Shown here: in pieces, positions 10,957 through 20,656 of the stretch | How positions within the stretch are numbered: position 1 is the stretch's first letter | How the letters are laid out: every line of letters starts with the position of its first letter | From: an uncultured delta proteobacterium | Lineage (GTDB): Bacteria > Myxococcota > Myxococcia > Myxococcales > Myxococcaceae | Assembly: GCA_963796055.1 (NCBI GenBank) | Contig: CAWCKH010000003.1 | Location: 714,272-778,271, forward strand | DNA length: 64,000 nucleotides | Reading direction: 5' to 3' | Notes under the pieces: model-generated | What the model saw: the letters and a program-made list of their open reading frames with translations, nothing else | Told to the model about the DNA's origin: nothing | The model's database searches: none | Made by a program: the position numbers and the translations under genes

Positions 10957-12492
10957 TCAGTGGGGGGACGGGGCCTTGAGCACCGCGGGCGCTGCGGTGC
11001 GCGGTGGCGGTGAGCCGGCCGGGACCGTGGTCACCGGCGCGGGCTCAGGCGGCTTGAGCACGTCGGCCATGGCCATCGGGCTGTCGGTGCTCGAGGGCCC
11101 GAGCCGCCCGGCGAGCTCGAGCGCCGACTGGGCGAGGTCCTGGAGCCCGAGGCTGCTCCGGTCCAGCTCGCGCTGCAGTGCCGCGGCGGCCTCGAACTCC
11201 TCCCGGGTGGGGGTGGTCCGGCGGTCGGCGGCCCGGAGCGCGAAAGTGGTGGTGCTCTGCTTGCGAAAGGCGTCGAGCAGCCGCGGGAGCAGCGCCTGGC
11301 CGTCGGCGTCGAGCGCATCCTGGGTGTAGCCCTTGAGGCCACGGCGGTTTCCGAACCAGACCCGGCCCGCCGCCCCGAATCCACCGGCCGAGACAGAGGG
11401 GAGGTCCTCCACCACCAGCACCGGGTTCGCCCGGGCGGGGAACTCCGACGAGAGCAGTCCGTAGACCAGCGTGCCGTCGTCCCGGGGGCGAACCTCGGCG
11501 ATCAGATTTCCGAAGGGGAAGTACGGGTCCACGGCGGTGCGCACCGCGGTGAGGAGCTGGGCCCGGCGGTCGGAGTCGAGCTGGGCGACCTCGGAGCGCG
11601 GCGGCCCCGCCTTGAGGGTGGTCATGAGCGCGGTGAGCTGGTCGATGCCCACCACTACGTTGAGCGCGCTGCCCCGGGTGTACCCGGCGTGGAACAGGCC
11701 CACCAGCTCGAACTCGCCGGTCTTGCACGAAACCGCGAGCACCGGCGAGCCGGAGTTGCCCTGCGAGAGCAGCGCGTCGATGACGAAATCGTCGTGGTTC
11801 CAGTCCTTGAAGCGGTCGTGGTCGTGCTCGGAGACGACCTTGCCCACGTTGGTGGCGCTGAACACCCCGAGCGGGAAGCCACGCACGTCCACCACGTTCC
11901 GGACCCGGAGCGCGCTGCTCCTCCCCATCTTCCAGGGGAGCACCGGCAGGGTCTTCGCCGAGCGGAGCACTGCGGCGTCGAGCGCCACGTCGGAGACCAC
12001 CCGGGTGAGGGGCAAGTCGTCCGGGGTGTAGTTGTCCGCCTCGTTCTCCACGATGCGCAGAACGTCCGAGACCCGCTTGCAACCGGCAGGGACACCGTCG
12101 ACCCGGTGGTCTTCGTCGGTGACCGCCGGCCACTCGGCGACGTGCTGGTTGGTGAGGAGCAGGGTCCCCTTGTCGTCGCGCCGGTAGGCGAAGGCCGTGC
12201 CGTGGGCGGTGGCGGTGCGGCGCTTCTTGCGGAGCGAACCGTCGGGCCCGTAGCTGGGGCACTCGTAGACTGCGGTGGTACGGACACAGAACGTATAGGC
12301 CTGCTGCTGCTGCTCGGCCCGGCGGGCCGCGGCCGAGAGCGCGGTCAGGTCGTCGGCGTACTCGCCGAGGCAGAACGAGGGCTCGGTGTGATCGGGAGCG
12401 ACGGGAATCGGGCCGTCGGCAGCGGGTGCGGCAACCGAGAGCAGGGCGGCGAGCAGGGTCAGCGAACGGAGTGGAGGCGACACGACTTCCAT
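10957..12492 (-). CDS. Secreted trypsin-like (S1) serine protease
   Basis: Signal peptide; TNQHVA (His), LDAAVL (Asp) and QGNSGSP (Ser). Confidence 0.85.
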   Translation of the reverse strand: MEVVSPPLRSLTLLAALLSVAAPAADGPIPVAPDHTEPSFCLGEYADDLTALSAAARRAEQQQQAYTFCVRTTAVYECPSYGPDGSLRKKRRTATAHGTAFAYRRDDKGTLLLTNQHVAEWPAVTDEDHRVDGVPAGCKRVSDVLRIVENEADNYTPDDLPLTRVVSDVALDAAVLRSAKTLPVLPWKMGRSSALRVRNVVDVRGFPLGVFSATNVGKVVSEHDHDRFKDWNHDDFVIDALLSQGNSGSPVLAVSCKTGEFELVGLFHAGYTRGSALNVVVGIDQLTALMTTLKAGPPRSEVAQLDSDRRAQLLTAVRTAVDPYFPFGNLIAEVRPRDDGTLVYGLLSSEFPARANPVLVVEDLPSVSAGGFGAAGRVWFGNRRGLKGYTQDALDADGQALLPRLLDAFRKQSTTTFALRAADRRTTPTREEFEAAAALQRELDRSSLGLQDLAQSALELAGRLGPSSTDSPMAMADVLKPPEPAPVTTVPAGSPPPRTAAPAVLKAPSPH

Positions 12493-12571
12493 CTTTCTCC
12501 AGATTCCTTGATGTTTGTGTCCTCAACCATCCCACATTGACGTTGGATTCCGGACTGAACGAGATCGACAC

Positions 12572-13105
12572 ATGAGGGACGTGAGACGACTGCTGCGCGA
12601 CCTCGGGCGAGAGATCGAGCGACTTGCCCAGCGCAACGAGTTCCTCGAGCAGAAGCTGGAAAGCATCACCGGCGCGCTCCAGGGCGCAGTTCGGGTCGGC
12701 GCTGCGACTCCCCGCTCGGAACGGCGCCGACGCCAGCGAACCGGGGGGCGGCGTGGCGCTCCGTCCAAGTTCGACGACGCTCAGGCTCGGAAACTCCGGA
12801 AGGAGTACGAGAAGGGCGCCACCAGCGCCCAGCTGGCGGAAAGGCACCAGGCCGCGCTCCCCACCATTCTCGGCACCCTCAGGCGAGCGGGGACCACGCT
12901 CCGCCGCGGCCGCCCGAGCAAGAAGCGCTCGCGGGGGCTCAGGGGGCCTCGTTCAGCGCGCCGCAGTGGGGGCAAGGGAACGAGTGCTCGAGGGCGAACT
13001 TCGGCGCAACCCGGGCGAGCACCACCCTCTCGCAGGCCCCGCAGAGGAAATCGAGCCCGGCGTGCGGTTCGAAAGCGAACGCCTCGAGCTCACCGCGGAC
13101 GGTGA
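12572..13105 (+). CDS. Coiled-coil plus Hin/resolvase-type HTH DNA-binding protein with basic tail
   Basis: Heptad N-terminus (LGREIERLAQRNEFLEQKLESI), then RGAPSKFDDAQARKLRKEYEKGATSAQLA...PTILGTLRRAG, then AT-hook-like RRGRPSKK; similar to 29856-30626. Confidence 0.65.
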   Translation: MRDVRRLLRDLGREIERLAQRNEFLEQKLESITGALQGAVRVGAATPRSERRRRQRTGGRRGAPSKFDDAQARKLRKEYEKGATSAQLAERHQAALPTILGTLRRAGTTLRRGRPSKKRSRGLRGPRSARRSGGKGTSARGRTSAQPGRAPPSRRPRRGNRARRAVRKRTPRAHRGR

Positions 13106-13154
13106 ACGGTGGGCGGTTCGACCGCGAGACGACCGTCATCTGGATCGCTGCCAC
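12939..13154 (-). CDS. Small zinc-ribbon protein (71 aa)
   Basis: GTG 13154 with AGGAG RBS; FLCGAC...FPCPHCGALNEAP. Overlaps the 3' tail of the convergent HTH gene. Confidence 0.6.
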   Translation of the reverse strand: MAAIQMTVVSRSNRPPFTVRGELEAFAFEPHAGLDFLCGACERVVLARVAPKFALEHSFPCPHCGALNEAP

Positions 13155-13278
13155 GGCACGGACTCCTGAGGGTGACATTGCCCCTCGCCCCTCTGACATC
13201 GAGGGCACCGGGGCCGGACTCTGCCCGTGCTTCCGCGGGGTTTGGCGGTCGGAGCTGGTCCGGTTACCGTCCGCATCC

Positions 13279-13800
13279 GTGAAATCGCTCCCGCTACTGA
13301 CCCTGCTCCTCGCCACTGCGGTCCTCGCCAGCACCGCCGTCCAGATGGACCTCCCGGCCCTCACCGCCGCCGCCTCCGACGTCGTGGAGGCGCGCGTCGT
13401 CTCCTCCACCGCCTCCTGGACCGGCGACCATCGGCGGATCGTCACCCACGTCGTGGTCGAGGTGGGCGAGGCCTGGAAGGGCACAGCCAGCGGCCGCATC
13501 ACGGTGGTCCAGCCGGGCGGCGAGCGTGACGGTATCGGCCAGCACGTCTCGGGCGTGGCTCGTCTCGCCAGCGGGGAGAGGGTGGTGCTGTTCCTCGAGC
13601 GCTCCGGGCCGTACCACCGCGTCGTGGGGCTGGCCCAGGGCGTGTACCGGATCGTCTCCACCCAGAGCACGGCCGAGCTGCGGGCGGTCCCGGCCGCGCT
13701 GGAGGGACTTGATCTCGTACCGCCTCCAGGGGGCGCGCCGGCGGTCCGGGTCGCCCTGCCCCTGTCCGAGCTCCGCGGCCAGGTGCAGGCGGCGCGATGA
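13279..13800 (+). CDS. Secreted hypothetical protein; partner of the downstream metalloprotease
   Basis: Signal peptide, VVQPGG and GERVVLFL; stop overlaps the next start (ATGA). Confidence 0.7.
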   Translation: MKSLPLLTLLLATAVLASTAVQMDLPALTAAASDVVEARVVSSTASWTGDHRRIVTHVVVEVGEAWKGTASGRITVVQPGGERDGIGQHVSGVARLASGERVVLFLERSGPYHRVVGLAQGVYRIVSTQSTAELRAVPAALEGLDLVPPPGGAPAVRVALPLSELRGQVQAAR

Positions 13801-14681
13801 AGGCGTCGGTCGCCGTTCTCCTCTCCGGGCTGCTCCTCGGCCAGTCCATGCTGCAGTACGTCCGGACCAAGACCGAGGACGGACAGCACTGCTTCCGCTG
13901 GGCGGTCGCCGCCGGCGCGCGCGGCACGGTGGCCTTCGTCCAGAGCACCGAGGGACTTCCCAGCCTGGGCGCCGGCGTGTTCGATGCCGTCTCCCGCTCC
14001 GCGCAACCCTGGCAGGCGCAGCTCCAGGCGTGCGGCAACCTCGACCTGGCCGAGGGGAACCGCTCGAGCTCACGGACCATCGGCTACGCCCAGAGTGGCC
14101 CGAACGAAAATCTCATCCTGTTCCGCACCCGTCCCTGCTCCGCAGTGGTGCCGGCAGGAGACCCGTGCGTGGCCGCGGGCAGCTGCGGCAACGCCTACGA
14201 CTGCTGGGACCACTCGAGCAGCATCGTCGCGCTCACCACCTCGAGTTACGTGACGACCACCGGGGTGGTGCTCGACGCCGACGTGGAGCTCAACGCCGCC
14301 ACCGCCTACCCCACGATCGTCGACTCACCTCCCTGCGCTCCCGGGGCCATCTCCACGGGCTGCGTGGCGAACGACGTCCAGAACGCGATGACCCACGAGC
14401 TGGGGCACGTGCTGGGGCTGGCCCACGCCCCGGACTCGAGCTCGACCATGTACGCCAACGAGCCGCTGGGCGAGACCTCGAAGCGGGTGCTCGACTCGGG
14501 AAGCAAGCAGTTCGTCTGCGACGTGTACCCGGCCGGCCGCGCCTCCAACGACTGCGCGTCGAGCTCGGCGGGAAGCACCTCCTCGGGCTGCAGCGGCGCC
14601 CCGGACGGGGGCAGCGTGACCCCGCTGCTCGCGCTCTTGCTCGGCGTATTCGCCCTGCGCCCTCGTCGGCGAGGCGTCTGA
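13797..14681 (+). CDS. Matrixin-like metzincin metalloprotease with MYXO-CTERM sorting signal
   Basis: HELGHVLGLAH, Met-turn STMY, and C-terminal GCS...hydrophobic...RPRRR. Confidence 0.88.
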   Translation: MKASVAVLLSGLLLGQSMLQYVRTKTEDGQHCFRWAVAAGARGTVAFVQSTEGLPSLGAGVFDAVSRSAQPWQAQLQACGNLDLAEGNRSSSRTIGYAQSGPNENLILFRTRPCSAVVPAGDPCVAAGSCGNAYDCWDHSSSIVALTTSSYVTTTGVVLDADVELNAATAYPTIVDSPPCAPGAISTGCVANDVQNAMTHELGHVLGLAHAPDSSSTMYANEPLGETSKRVLDSGSKQFVCDVYPAGRASNDCASSSAGSTSSGCSGAPDGGSVTPLLALLLGVFALRPRRRGV

Positions 14682-14775
14682 CCCCCGCGCGTCCGGAGGC
14701 CGGGCGCACGTTGTCCGTTTCTGGGATTCGCCGTGCCGCGTGCGCTGCCCCGGCAGCGCCTCCCGAGGGCCGTCA

Positions 14776-14792
14776 GAGGTGTCTGACACCTC
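14776..14792. repeat. Perfect palindrome GAGGTGTC-T-GACACCTC
   Basis: 8-bp arms with a 1-nt centre, in the intergenic region upstream of a sigma54 promoter. Confidence 0.7.
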
Positions 14793-14836
14793 GAAAAGCC
14801 CCGTGATTTCAGGGGGGTGGTCCTTCGGACCCCGGA

Positions 14837-14852
14837 TGGCACGACGCTCGCT
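14837..14852 (+). promoter_or_regulatory. Putative sigma54 promoter of the efflux/ABC operon
   Basis: TGGCACGACGCTCGCT (GG-N10-GC); the operon encodes its own sigma54 activator. Confidence 0.6.
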
Positions 14853-14874
14853 ATCGGCTGCGGCCAGCCTCCCC

Positions 14875-16119
14875 GTGGACATCCCTCGCGAAAGAGTTCG
14901 AAACCTCCGTCCGGTTTACCTCGCCGGCGGGGCCACCGTGCTGGTGGCCCTGCTCGCCCTGGGCCTCACCCGGGTCAAGCCGGCAGCCCCGTCGGTGGAG
15001 AAGAGCGGCGTGTGGATCGACACCGTCCACCGGGGGGCGATGCTCCGGGCGGTCAAGGGGCCGGGCACCCTGGTCCCCGAGCACATCCGGTGGATCACCG
15101 CCGACACCGCCGGCCGCGTGGAGCGCATCCACCTCCGCCCCGGCGCCGCGGTGAAGGCGGACACCCCGCTGGTCGAGCTCTCCAACCCCGACGTGATGCT
15201 CCAGTCGCTCGAGGCCGAGCGTCAGGTCTCCTCCGCCGAGGCGGATCTGCTGGCGCTCAAGAGCAACCTGGCCACCGATCGGCTCCGGCAGGAGTCCACC
15301 GTGGCACAGCTGGAGACCGACACCGCCGACGCGCGGCGACGGGCCGAAGCCGACCGGAAGCTCCACGCCAAGGCCATGCTCTCGGACATCGACACCGGCC
15401 TGAGCAGCGACCGGGCGAACGACCTCTCCGAGCGGCTCAAGCTCGGGAAGGACACGGTGCAGGTGCTGCAGCGCAGCCTGGCGGACCGCACCCGCGCCGT
15501 CACCGACCAGCTGGAGAAGCTCCGGGCTGTGGCCCGCTTCAGAAAGCAGCTGGTGGACTCGATGAACGTCCGCGCCGGCGACGACGGCATCCTCCAGGAC
15601 CTGCCGCTCGAGCTCGGCCAGTGGGTCACCCCCGGCACGTTGCTCGCCAAGGTGGTCCAGCCCGGCGAGCTCAAGGCCGAGCTGCGCATTCCCGAGACAC
15701 AGGCCCGTGACGTCGCGCTCGGCCAGCACGTCGAGGTCGATACCCGGAACGGCATCGTCCCCGGCCACGTGCGCCGGGTGAACCCTGCTGCCTCCCAGGG
15801 CACGGTGCTGGTGGAGGTGGAGCTGGAAGGTGCGCTGCCCAAGGGCGCCCGGCCGGACCTGACCGTCGAGGGCACCATCGAGATCGAGAAGCTCCCCGAC
15901 GTGCTCTACGTGGGCCGCCCCGCCGGCGCGCAGCCCGAGAGCACGGTGGAGCTGTACCGCCTGGCCCCAGGAAGCGACACCGCGCAGCGCACCCGCGTGG
16001 CCCTGGGACGCAGCAGCGTGAACACCATCGAGGTGAAGAGCGGGCTGTCCGAGGGAGACCGGGTGGTGCTCTCGGACATGTCCGCGTGGGACGCCAGCGA
16101 GACCGTGAGGCTCCGATGA
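14875..16119 (+). CDS. Membrane fusion protein (efflux periplasmic adaptor, HlyD/MacA-like)
   Basis: GTG start giving MDIPR; single TM, VKGPGTLVP, lipoyl half-motifs, coiled coil, GLSEGDRVVL. Confidence 0.88.
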   Translation: MDIPRERVRNLRPVYLAGGATVLVALLALGLTRVKPAAPSVEKSGVWIDTVHRGAMLRAVKGPGTLVPEHIRWITADTAGRVERIHLRPGAAVKADTPLVELSNPDVMLQSLEAERQVSSAEADLLALKSNLATDRLRQESTVAQLETDTADARRRAEADRKLHAKAMLSDIDTGLSSDRANDLSERLKLGKDTVQVLQRSLADRTRAVTDQLEKLRAVARFRKQLVDSMNVRAGDDGILQDLPLELGQWVTPGTLLAKVVQPGELKAELRIPETQARDVALGQHVEVDTRNGIVPGHVRRVNPAASQGTVLVEVELEGALPKGARPDLTVEGTIEIEKLPDVLYVGRPAGAQPESTVELYRLAPGSDTAQRTRVALGRSSVNTIEVKSGLSEGDRVVLSDMSAWDASETVRLR

Positions 16120-16862
16120 ACGACACTGCAGTCCAGGCCGTAGCTCGAGACGCTCGCCCCGCCGCCGGACAGCGGCTGCTCCATCTGGAGGGCGTGACCA
16201 AGGTCTTCCTCACTGACGAGGTGGAGACCCACGCGCTTTCCAACGTGCACATGACGGTGCACCAGGGCGAGTGGGTGGCCATCGTCGGCCCCTCGGGCTC
16301 GGGCAAGACGACCTTGCTCGCCATCCTCGGGCTGCTCGACACGCCGACGTCGGGGAACTACCTGCTCGACGGCCGTCCGGTGTCCGGGCTGAGCGCGTCC
16401 CAGCGGGCCTGGGTCCGGAATCGGCAGATCGGCTTCATCTTCCAGAGCTTCAACCTCATCGGCGACCTGACGGTGTTCGAGAACGTGGAGCTCCCCTTGA
16501 CCTACCGGGGCATGCCCGCGGCGGAGCGGAAGCGGCGGGTGGAGAGCGCGCTGGAGCGGGTGGGCATGGCCCATCGCCGCAAGCACCTCCCGGGGCAGCT
16601 CTCGGGCGGTCAGCAGCAGCGCGTGGCGGTGGCCCGGGCTGTGGCCGGCGACCCGCTGCTCCTGCTCGCCGACGAGCCCACCGGAAACCTCGACTCGAAG
16701 AACGGCCAGGCGGTGATGGAGCTGCTGCGCGAGCTGCACGCCGGCGGGGCCACCCTCTGCATGGTCACCCACGACCTCGGTCACGCCAAGCTCGCCACCC
16801 GCACGGTGAGCCTCTTCGACGGCCGGGTGGTGGAGGACGACACCGCGGGCGCGCTGGGGTGA
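16116..16862 (+). CDS. ABC transporter ATP-binding protein (MacB/LolD-like)
   Basis: GPSGSGKT, LSGGQQQRVA and LLADEPTGNLD. Confidence 0.93.
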   Translation: MNDTAVQAVARDARPAAGQRLLHLEGVTKVFLTDEVETHALSNVHMTVHQGEWVAIVGPSGSGKTTLLAILGLLDTPTSGNYLLDGRPVSGLSASQRAWVRNRQIGFIFQSFNLIGDLTVFENVELPLTYRGMPAAERKRRVESALERVGMAHRRKHLPGQLSGGQQQRVAVARAVAGDPLLLLADEPTGNLDSKNGQAVMELLRELHAGGATLCMVTHDLGHAKLATRTVSLFDGRVVEDDTAGALG

Positions 16863-16870
16863 TCGGGGCG

Positions 16871-17110
16871 ATGGACGCCAGAGCAGAGCATCGGGCTGCG
16901 ATCCTGCTGCTGCTCGCCACCGTGCTGCTCGCGGTGGGCGTCCGCCTCTCCGAGGATCCGGCGGTCGCCGCCGCGGCGCGCACGGTGCGCACCCGCCCCC
17001 TCGAGCACGCCGCCGCCGCGGCGGACTGGGCGGCGCAGGTGCTGTGGAGCCAGCAGCCGCGCCCGGAGCGCGTGGCCCACATGGGCTGCCAGGGGAGGCG
17101 CTGGGAATGA
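16871..17110 (+). CDS. Small hypothetical membrane-anchored protein (79 aa)
   Basis: MDARAEHRAAILLLLATVLLAVGV; fills the gap between two ATPase genes and overlaps the next start (ATGA). Confidence 0.5.
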   Translation: MDARAEHRAAILLLLATVLLAVGVRLSEDPAVAAAARTVRTRPLEHAAAAADWAAQVLWSQQPRPERVAHMGCQGRRWE

Positions 17111-17769
17111 TCCGAGTGAAGAACCTCGAGAAGTCGGTGCGCTCCGGCACGGGCGCGCTGTTCCTGCTCCGGAACGTGAACCTCGCGGTGGAGAAGGGAG
17201 ACTTCCTCACCCTGATGGGCCCGTCGGGCGCGGGGAAGAGCACCCTGCTGGCGGTGCTGGGGATGCTCGACGCCGACTGGACCGGCGAGTACGAGCTGGA
17301 CGGAAACCAGGTTCACCGGTTGCCGCCGCGTGACCGTCAGGCGCTCGCCCGGCGCCACGTGGGGTTCGTCTTCCAGCGCTACCACCTGCTCGACGACCTG
17401 ACCGTGGCCGAGAACCTCGAGGTCCCGCTGGGATACCGGGGGTTCTCGCGCAAGGAGATCCAGGCCCGGGTGGCGGACACGCTCGACCGCTTCCGCATCG
17501 TGGGAAAGAAGGACCTCTACCCTTCCCAGCTCTCGGGCGGCCAGCAGCAGCTGGTGGGGGTGGCCCGGGCCATCATCCACGAGCCCAGCCTGCTGCTGGC
17601 CGACGAACCCACCGGAAATCTGCACTCGGAGCAGGCCACGGAAATCATGGCGCTGTTCCGGCGTCTCAACGCCGAAGGCACCACCATCGTCCAGGTGACC
17701 CACAGTGCAGACAACGCCAGTTACGGAAGACGCACCCTCCACATGGCCGACGGCTGGCTCCGGGACTAG
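17107..17769 (+). CDS. Second ABC transporter ATP-binding protein
   Basis: GPSGAGKST, LSGGQQQ and LLADEPTGNLH. Confidence 0.92.
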   Translation: MIRVKNLEKSVRSGTGALFLLRNVNLAVEKGDFLTLMGPSGAGKSTLLAVLGMLDADWTGEYELDGNQVHRLPPRDRQALARRHVGFVFQRYHLLDDLTVAENLEVPLGYRGFSRKEIQARVADTLDRFRIVGKKDLYPSQLSGGQQQLVGVARAIIHEPSLLLADEPTGNLHSEQATEIMALFRRLNAEGTTIVQVTHSADNASYGRRTLHMADGWLRD

Positions 17770-17782
17770 GAGGAAACGCACC

Positions 17783-19147
17783 GTGTCCCTGGCCCAGCCC
17801 CGCATCCTGGTCGCGGACGACCAGCCGGACGTGGTGGAGGCCCTCCGGCTCCTCCTCAAGGCCAACGGCTTCAGCGTGGTGCCCACCAGCTCTCCCTCCG
17901 GCGTCCTGGGCGCGGTGGAGACCGAGGACGTGGACGTGGTGCTGATGGACCTCAACTACACCCGCGACACCACCTCGGGCCGCGAGGGCCTGGAGCTGCT
18001 GGCCAGGCTGCAGCAGCTCGACCCGCAGCTGCCGGTGGTGGTGATGACCGCCTGGGGCAGCGTGGAGGGCGCGGTGGACGCGATCCGCGGCGGGGCCCGC
18101 GACTACGTCACCAAGCCCTGGGACAACACCCGGCTGGTCACCACCTTGCGGAGCCAGGTCGAGCTGGGGGACGCGCTGCGGCGCAGCCGCCGGCTGTCGG
18201 CGGAGAACGAGCGGCTGCAGACCCGCGCCCCGGGGATGGTCGCCGAGTCGCGGGCGATGAAGGCGGTGCTGGAGCTGGTGGACCGCATCGCCCCCTCGGA
18301 CGCCAACGTGCTCATCACCGGCGAGCACGGGACGGGCAAGGAGGTGGTGGCCCGGCGCATCCACGCCATGAGCCACCGCGCCGGCAAGCCGTTCGTCCCG
18401 GTCAACGCCGGGGCGGTGAGCGAGGGCGTGTTCGAGAGCGAGCTCTTCGGACACGTCAAGGGCGCCTTCACCGACGCCAAGGCGGACCGGACCGGCTGCT
18501 TCGAGCTCGCCGACCAGGGCACGCTCTTCATGGACGAAGTGGCGAACATGCCGCTGGGACAGCAGGCCAAGCTGCTCCGGGTGCTGCAGACCGGCGAGTT
18601 CCACCCGGTGGGGAGCAGCCGCGTCCGCCGGGCAGACACCCGGGTGCTCGCCGCGACCAACGCCGACCTGCACGCCGGGGTGAAGTCCGGCGCCTTCCGC
18701 GAGGACCTCCTGTACCGGCTGAACACGGTGGAGGTGGTGCTCCCGCCGCTCCGCGACCGCCGGGAGGACATTCCCGTACTGGCCAGCGCCTTCCTCGCCG
18801 CGCAGGCCGCCCGCTACCGCAAGCCGGTGCAGCGCTTCGGCGCCGCGGCGCTCAAGGCGCTGCTCGAGTACCCCTGGCCGGGCAACGTCCGTGAGCTGGA
18901 GCACTGCGTGGAGCGGGCGGTGCTGATGGCCCGCGGCGCCGAGCTCACCCCGGAGGACCTGGTCCTCCGTCCGCGCGACGGCGGGGCCCGGGTCGAGGAC
19001 ATGACCCTGGAGGACTCCGAGCGGTACCTCATCCAGCGGGCGCTCGGGCGTACCGACGGCAGCGTGAGCGATGCGGCGAGGCTGCTCGGCCTGTCGCGCA
19101 GCGCGCTGTACCGTCGGCTCCAGCAGTACGGGCTGAAGGCCAGCTGA
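17783..19147 (+). CDS. Sigma54-dependent response regulator (NtrC family)
   Basis: Receiver domain (ILVADD, LMDLN), GEHGTGKE, ESELFGHVKGAFTDA, WPGNVRELE and Fis-type HTH; GTG after GGAGG. Confidence 0.95.
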   Translation: MSLAQPRILVADDQPDVVEALRLLLKANGFSVVPTSSPSGVLGAVETEDVDVVLMDLNYTRDTTSGREGLELLARLQQLDPQLPVVVMTAWGSVEGAVDAIRGGARDYVTKPWDNTRLVTTLRSQVELGDALRRSRRLSAENERLQTRAPGMVAESRAMKAVLELVDRIAPSDANVLITGEHGTGKEVVARRIHAMSHRAGKPFVPVNAGAVSEGVFESELFGHVKGAFTDAKADRTGCFELADQGTLFMDEVANMPLGQQAKLLRVLQTGEFHPVGSSRVRRADTRVLAATNADLHAGVKSGAFREDLLYRLNTVEVVLPPLRDRREDIPVLASAFLAAQAARYRKPVQRFGAAALKALLEYPWPGNVRELEHCVERAVLMARGAELTPEDLVLRPRDGGARVEDMTLEDSERYLIQRALGRTDGSVSDAARLLGLSRSALYRRLQQYGLKAS

Positions 19148-19173
19148 CCTGGCATTCTCGGCCCTGGTCGGAC

Positions 19174-20523
19174 ATGGGTCGATTCCTCACCTTCGAGCGG
19201 AGGCTCGCCCTCGGCGCAGCATTGGCGGTGCTGCCGGGGCTGGTGCTGGCCGCGGTGCTCGCCTTCCACGCCCTGCCCCCGGGCTGGCTCCGCTGGGCAC
19301 TGGTGGGCGGGGCGCTCGCGGCCTCGCTGGTGGTGGTCGCACAGCTCCGGGCCCGGCTGGTCCTCCGGCTCAAGACGCTGAGCAACCTGGTCTCCGCGCT
19401 CCGTGAGGGTGACTACTCCGTCCGGGGGCGCGACGCGGACCGCGACGACCCGCTGGGCGAGGTCGTCTGGGAGGTGAACGCGCTGGGCGACCAGCTCCGC
19501 ACCCAGCGTCTCGGGGAGCTGGAGGCCAGCGCCCTGCTCGGGCAGGTGCTGGAGGAGATCGACGTCGGCATCTTCGCCTTCGACGACGTCCCCGCGCTCC
19601 GGCTGGTCAACCGGGCCGGAGCCAGGCTGCTGCAGCGAGCGCCCTCGCACCTGCTGGGCCGCGACGCGGAATCGCTGGGAATGGCCGGCCTGCTGGAGGG
19701 CGACACGCCGCGACGGGTGGACACCGACTTCGGCGGACAGGGCGGCCCATACGAGCTGCGCCGCTCGCAGTTCCGCCGTGAGGGGCTGCCCCACACCCTG
19801 GTGGTGCTGGCCGACCTCCGGCGGGTGGTGCGTGAGGAGGAGCGTGCGGCGTGGCAGCGCATCGTCCGGGTGCTCAGCCACGAGATCAACAACTCGCTCG
19901 CCCCCATCCAGAGCATCGCCGCCAGTCTCCAGGGGGTACTGGGCAAGGGAGAGCCCTCGGAGTGGGTGCCGGACGTGCGCTCCGGACTGACGGTGGTCGC
20001 CCGGCGGAGCGAGGCGCTCTCGCGGTTCCTCGCCGCCTACGCCCGGCTGGCGAAGCTGCCGCCGCCGAGCCTGACAGCGGTGAGCGTGCCGGCGCTGGTG
20101 CAGCGGGTGACTGCGCTCGACCGCACCCCCGGAGTGCGGGTGGTGCCGGGACCGCCGGCGTGGGTCCGCGGCGATGCCGACCAGCTGGAGCAGCTGCTGA
20201 TCAATCTCATCAAGAACGCCGTCGAGGCGGCGAGCACCACCGGGGGCGGGGTCAGCATCGGCTGGCAGGAGGCGCCCGGCGAGGTGGAGCTGGTGGTCTC
20301 GGACGAAGGACCGGGGCTGCTGGACTCGCGCAACCTCTTCGTCCCCTTCTACACCACCAAGCCCGAGGGCTCGGGCATCGGGCTGGTGCTGTGCAGACAG
20401 ATCGCCGAGGCGCACCGGGGGACGCTCAGCCTGCGCAACGCGGAGGGTCGCCGGGGGTGTGACGCCCGGCTCCGGCTCCCCCGGGTGGCGCCGCCACAGG
20501 AGGCACAGCTTCCATCGGCCTGA
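19174..20523 (+). CDS. Sensor histidine kinase (2 TM, HAMP, PAS-like)
   Basis: LSHEINNSL H-box, NLIKNAVEA, DEGPG and FYTTKPEGSGIGL. Confidence 0.93.
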   Translation: MGRFLTFERRLALGAALAVLPGLVLAAVLAFHALPPGWLRWALVGGALAASLVVVAQLRARLVLRLKTLSNLVSALREGDYSVRGRDADRDDPLGEVVWEVNALGDQLRTQRLGELEASALLGQVLEEIDVGIFAFDDVPALRLVNRAGARLLQRAPSHLLGRDAESLGMAGLLEGDTPRRVDTDFGGQGGPYELRRSQFRREGLPHTLVVLADLRRVVREEERAAWQRIVRVLSHEINNSLAPIQSIAASLQGVLGKGEPSEWVPDVRSGLTVVARRSEALSRFLAAYARLAKLPPPSLTAVSVPALVQRVTALDRTPGVRVVPGPPAWVRGDADQLEQLLINLIKNAVEAASTTGGGVSIGWQEAPGEVELVVSDEGPGLLDSRNLFVPFYTTKPEGSGIGLVLCRQIAEAHRGTLSLRNAEGRRGCDARLRLPRVAPPQEAQLPSA

Positions 20524-20603
20524 GAGGTGCGGGCTCGGGACGCCCGGTCCCAGAACCGCACACCCCTCCGGCGCCCAGCCCGGGTCGGAGCGGGAGTGTT
20601 CCA

Positions 20604-20619
20604 CGGCCCACCGCTTGCT
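20604..20619 (+). promoter_or_regulatory. Putative sigma54 promoter of the ABC permease
   Basis: CGGCCCACCGCTTGCT (GG-N10-GC with TTGC), 37 nt before the ATG. Confidence 0.55.
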
Positions 20620-20656
20620 CAGGGACGTGGCGCTGCGGTGTCGTCGGGAGGCATCG

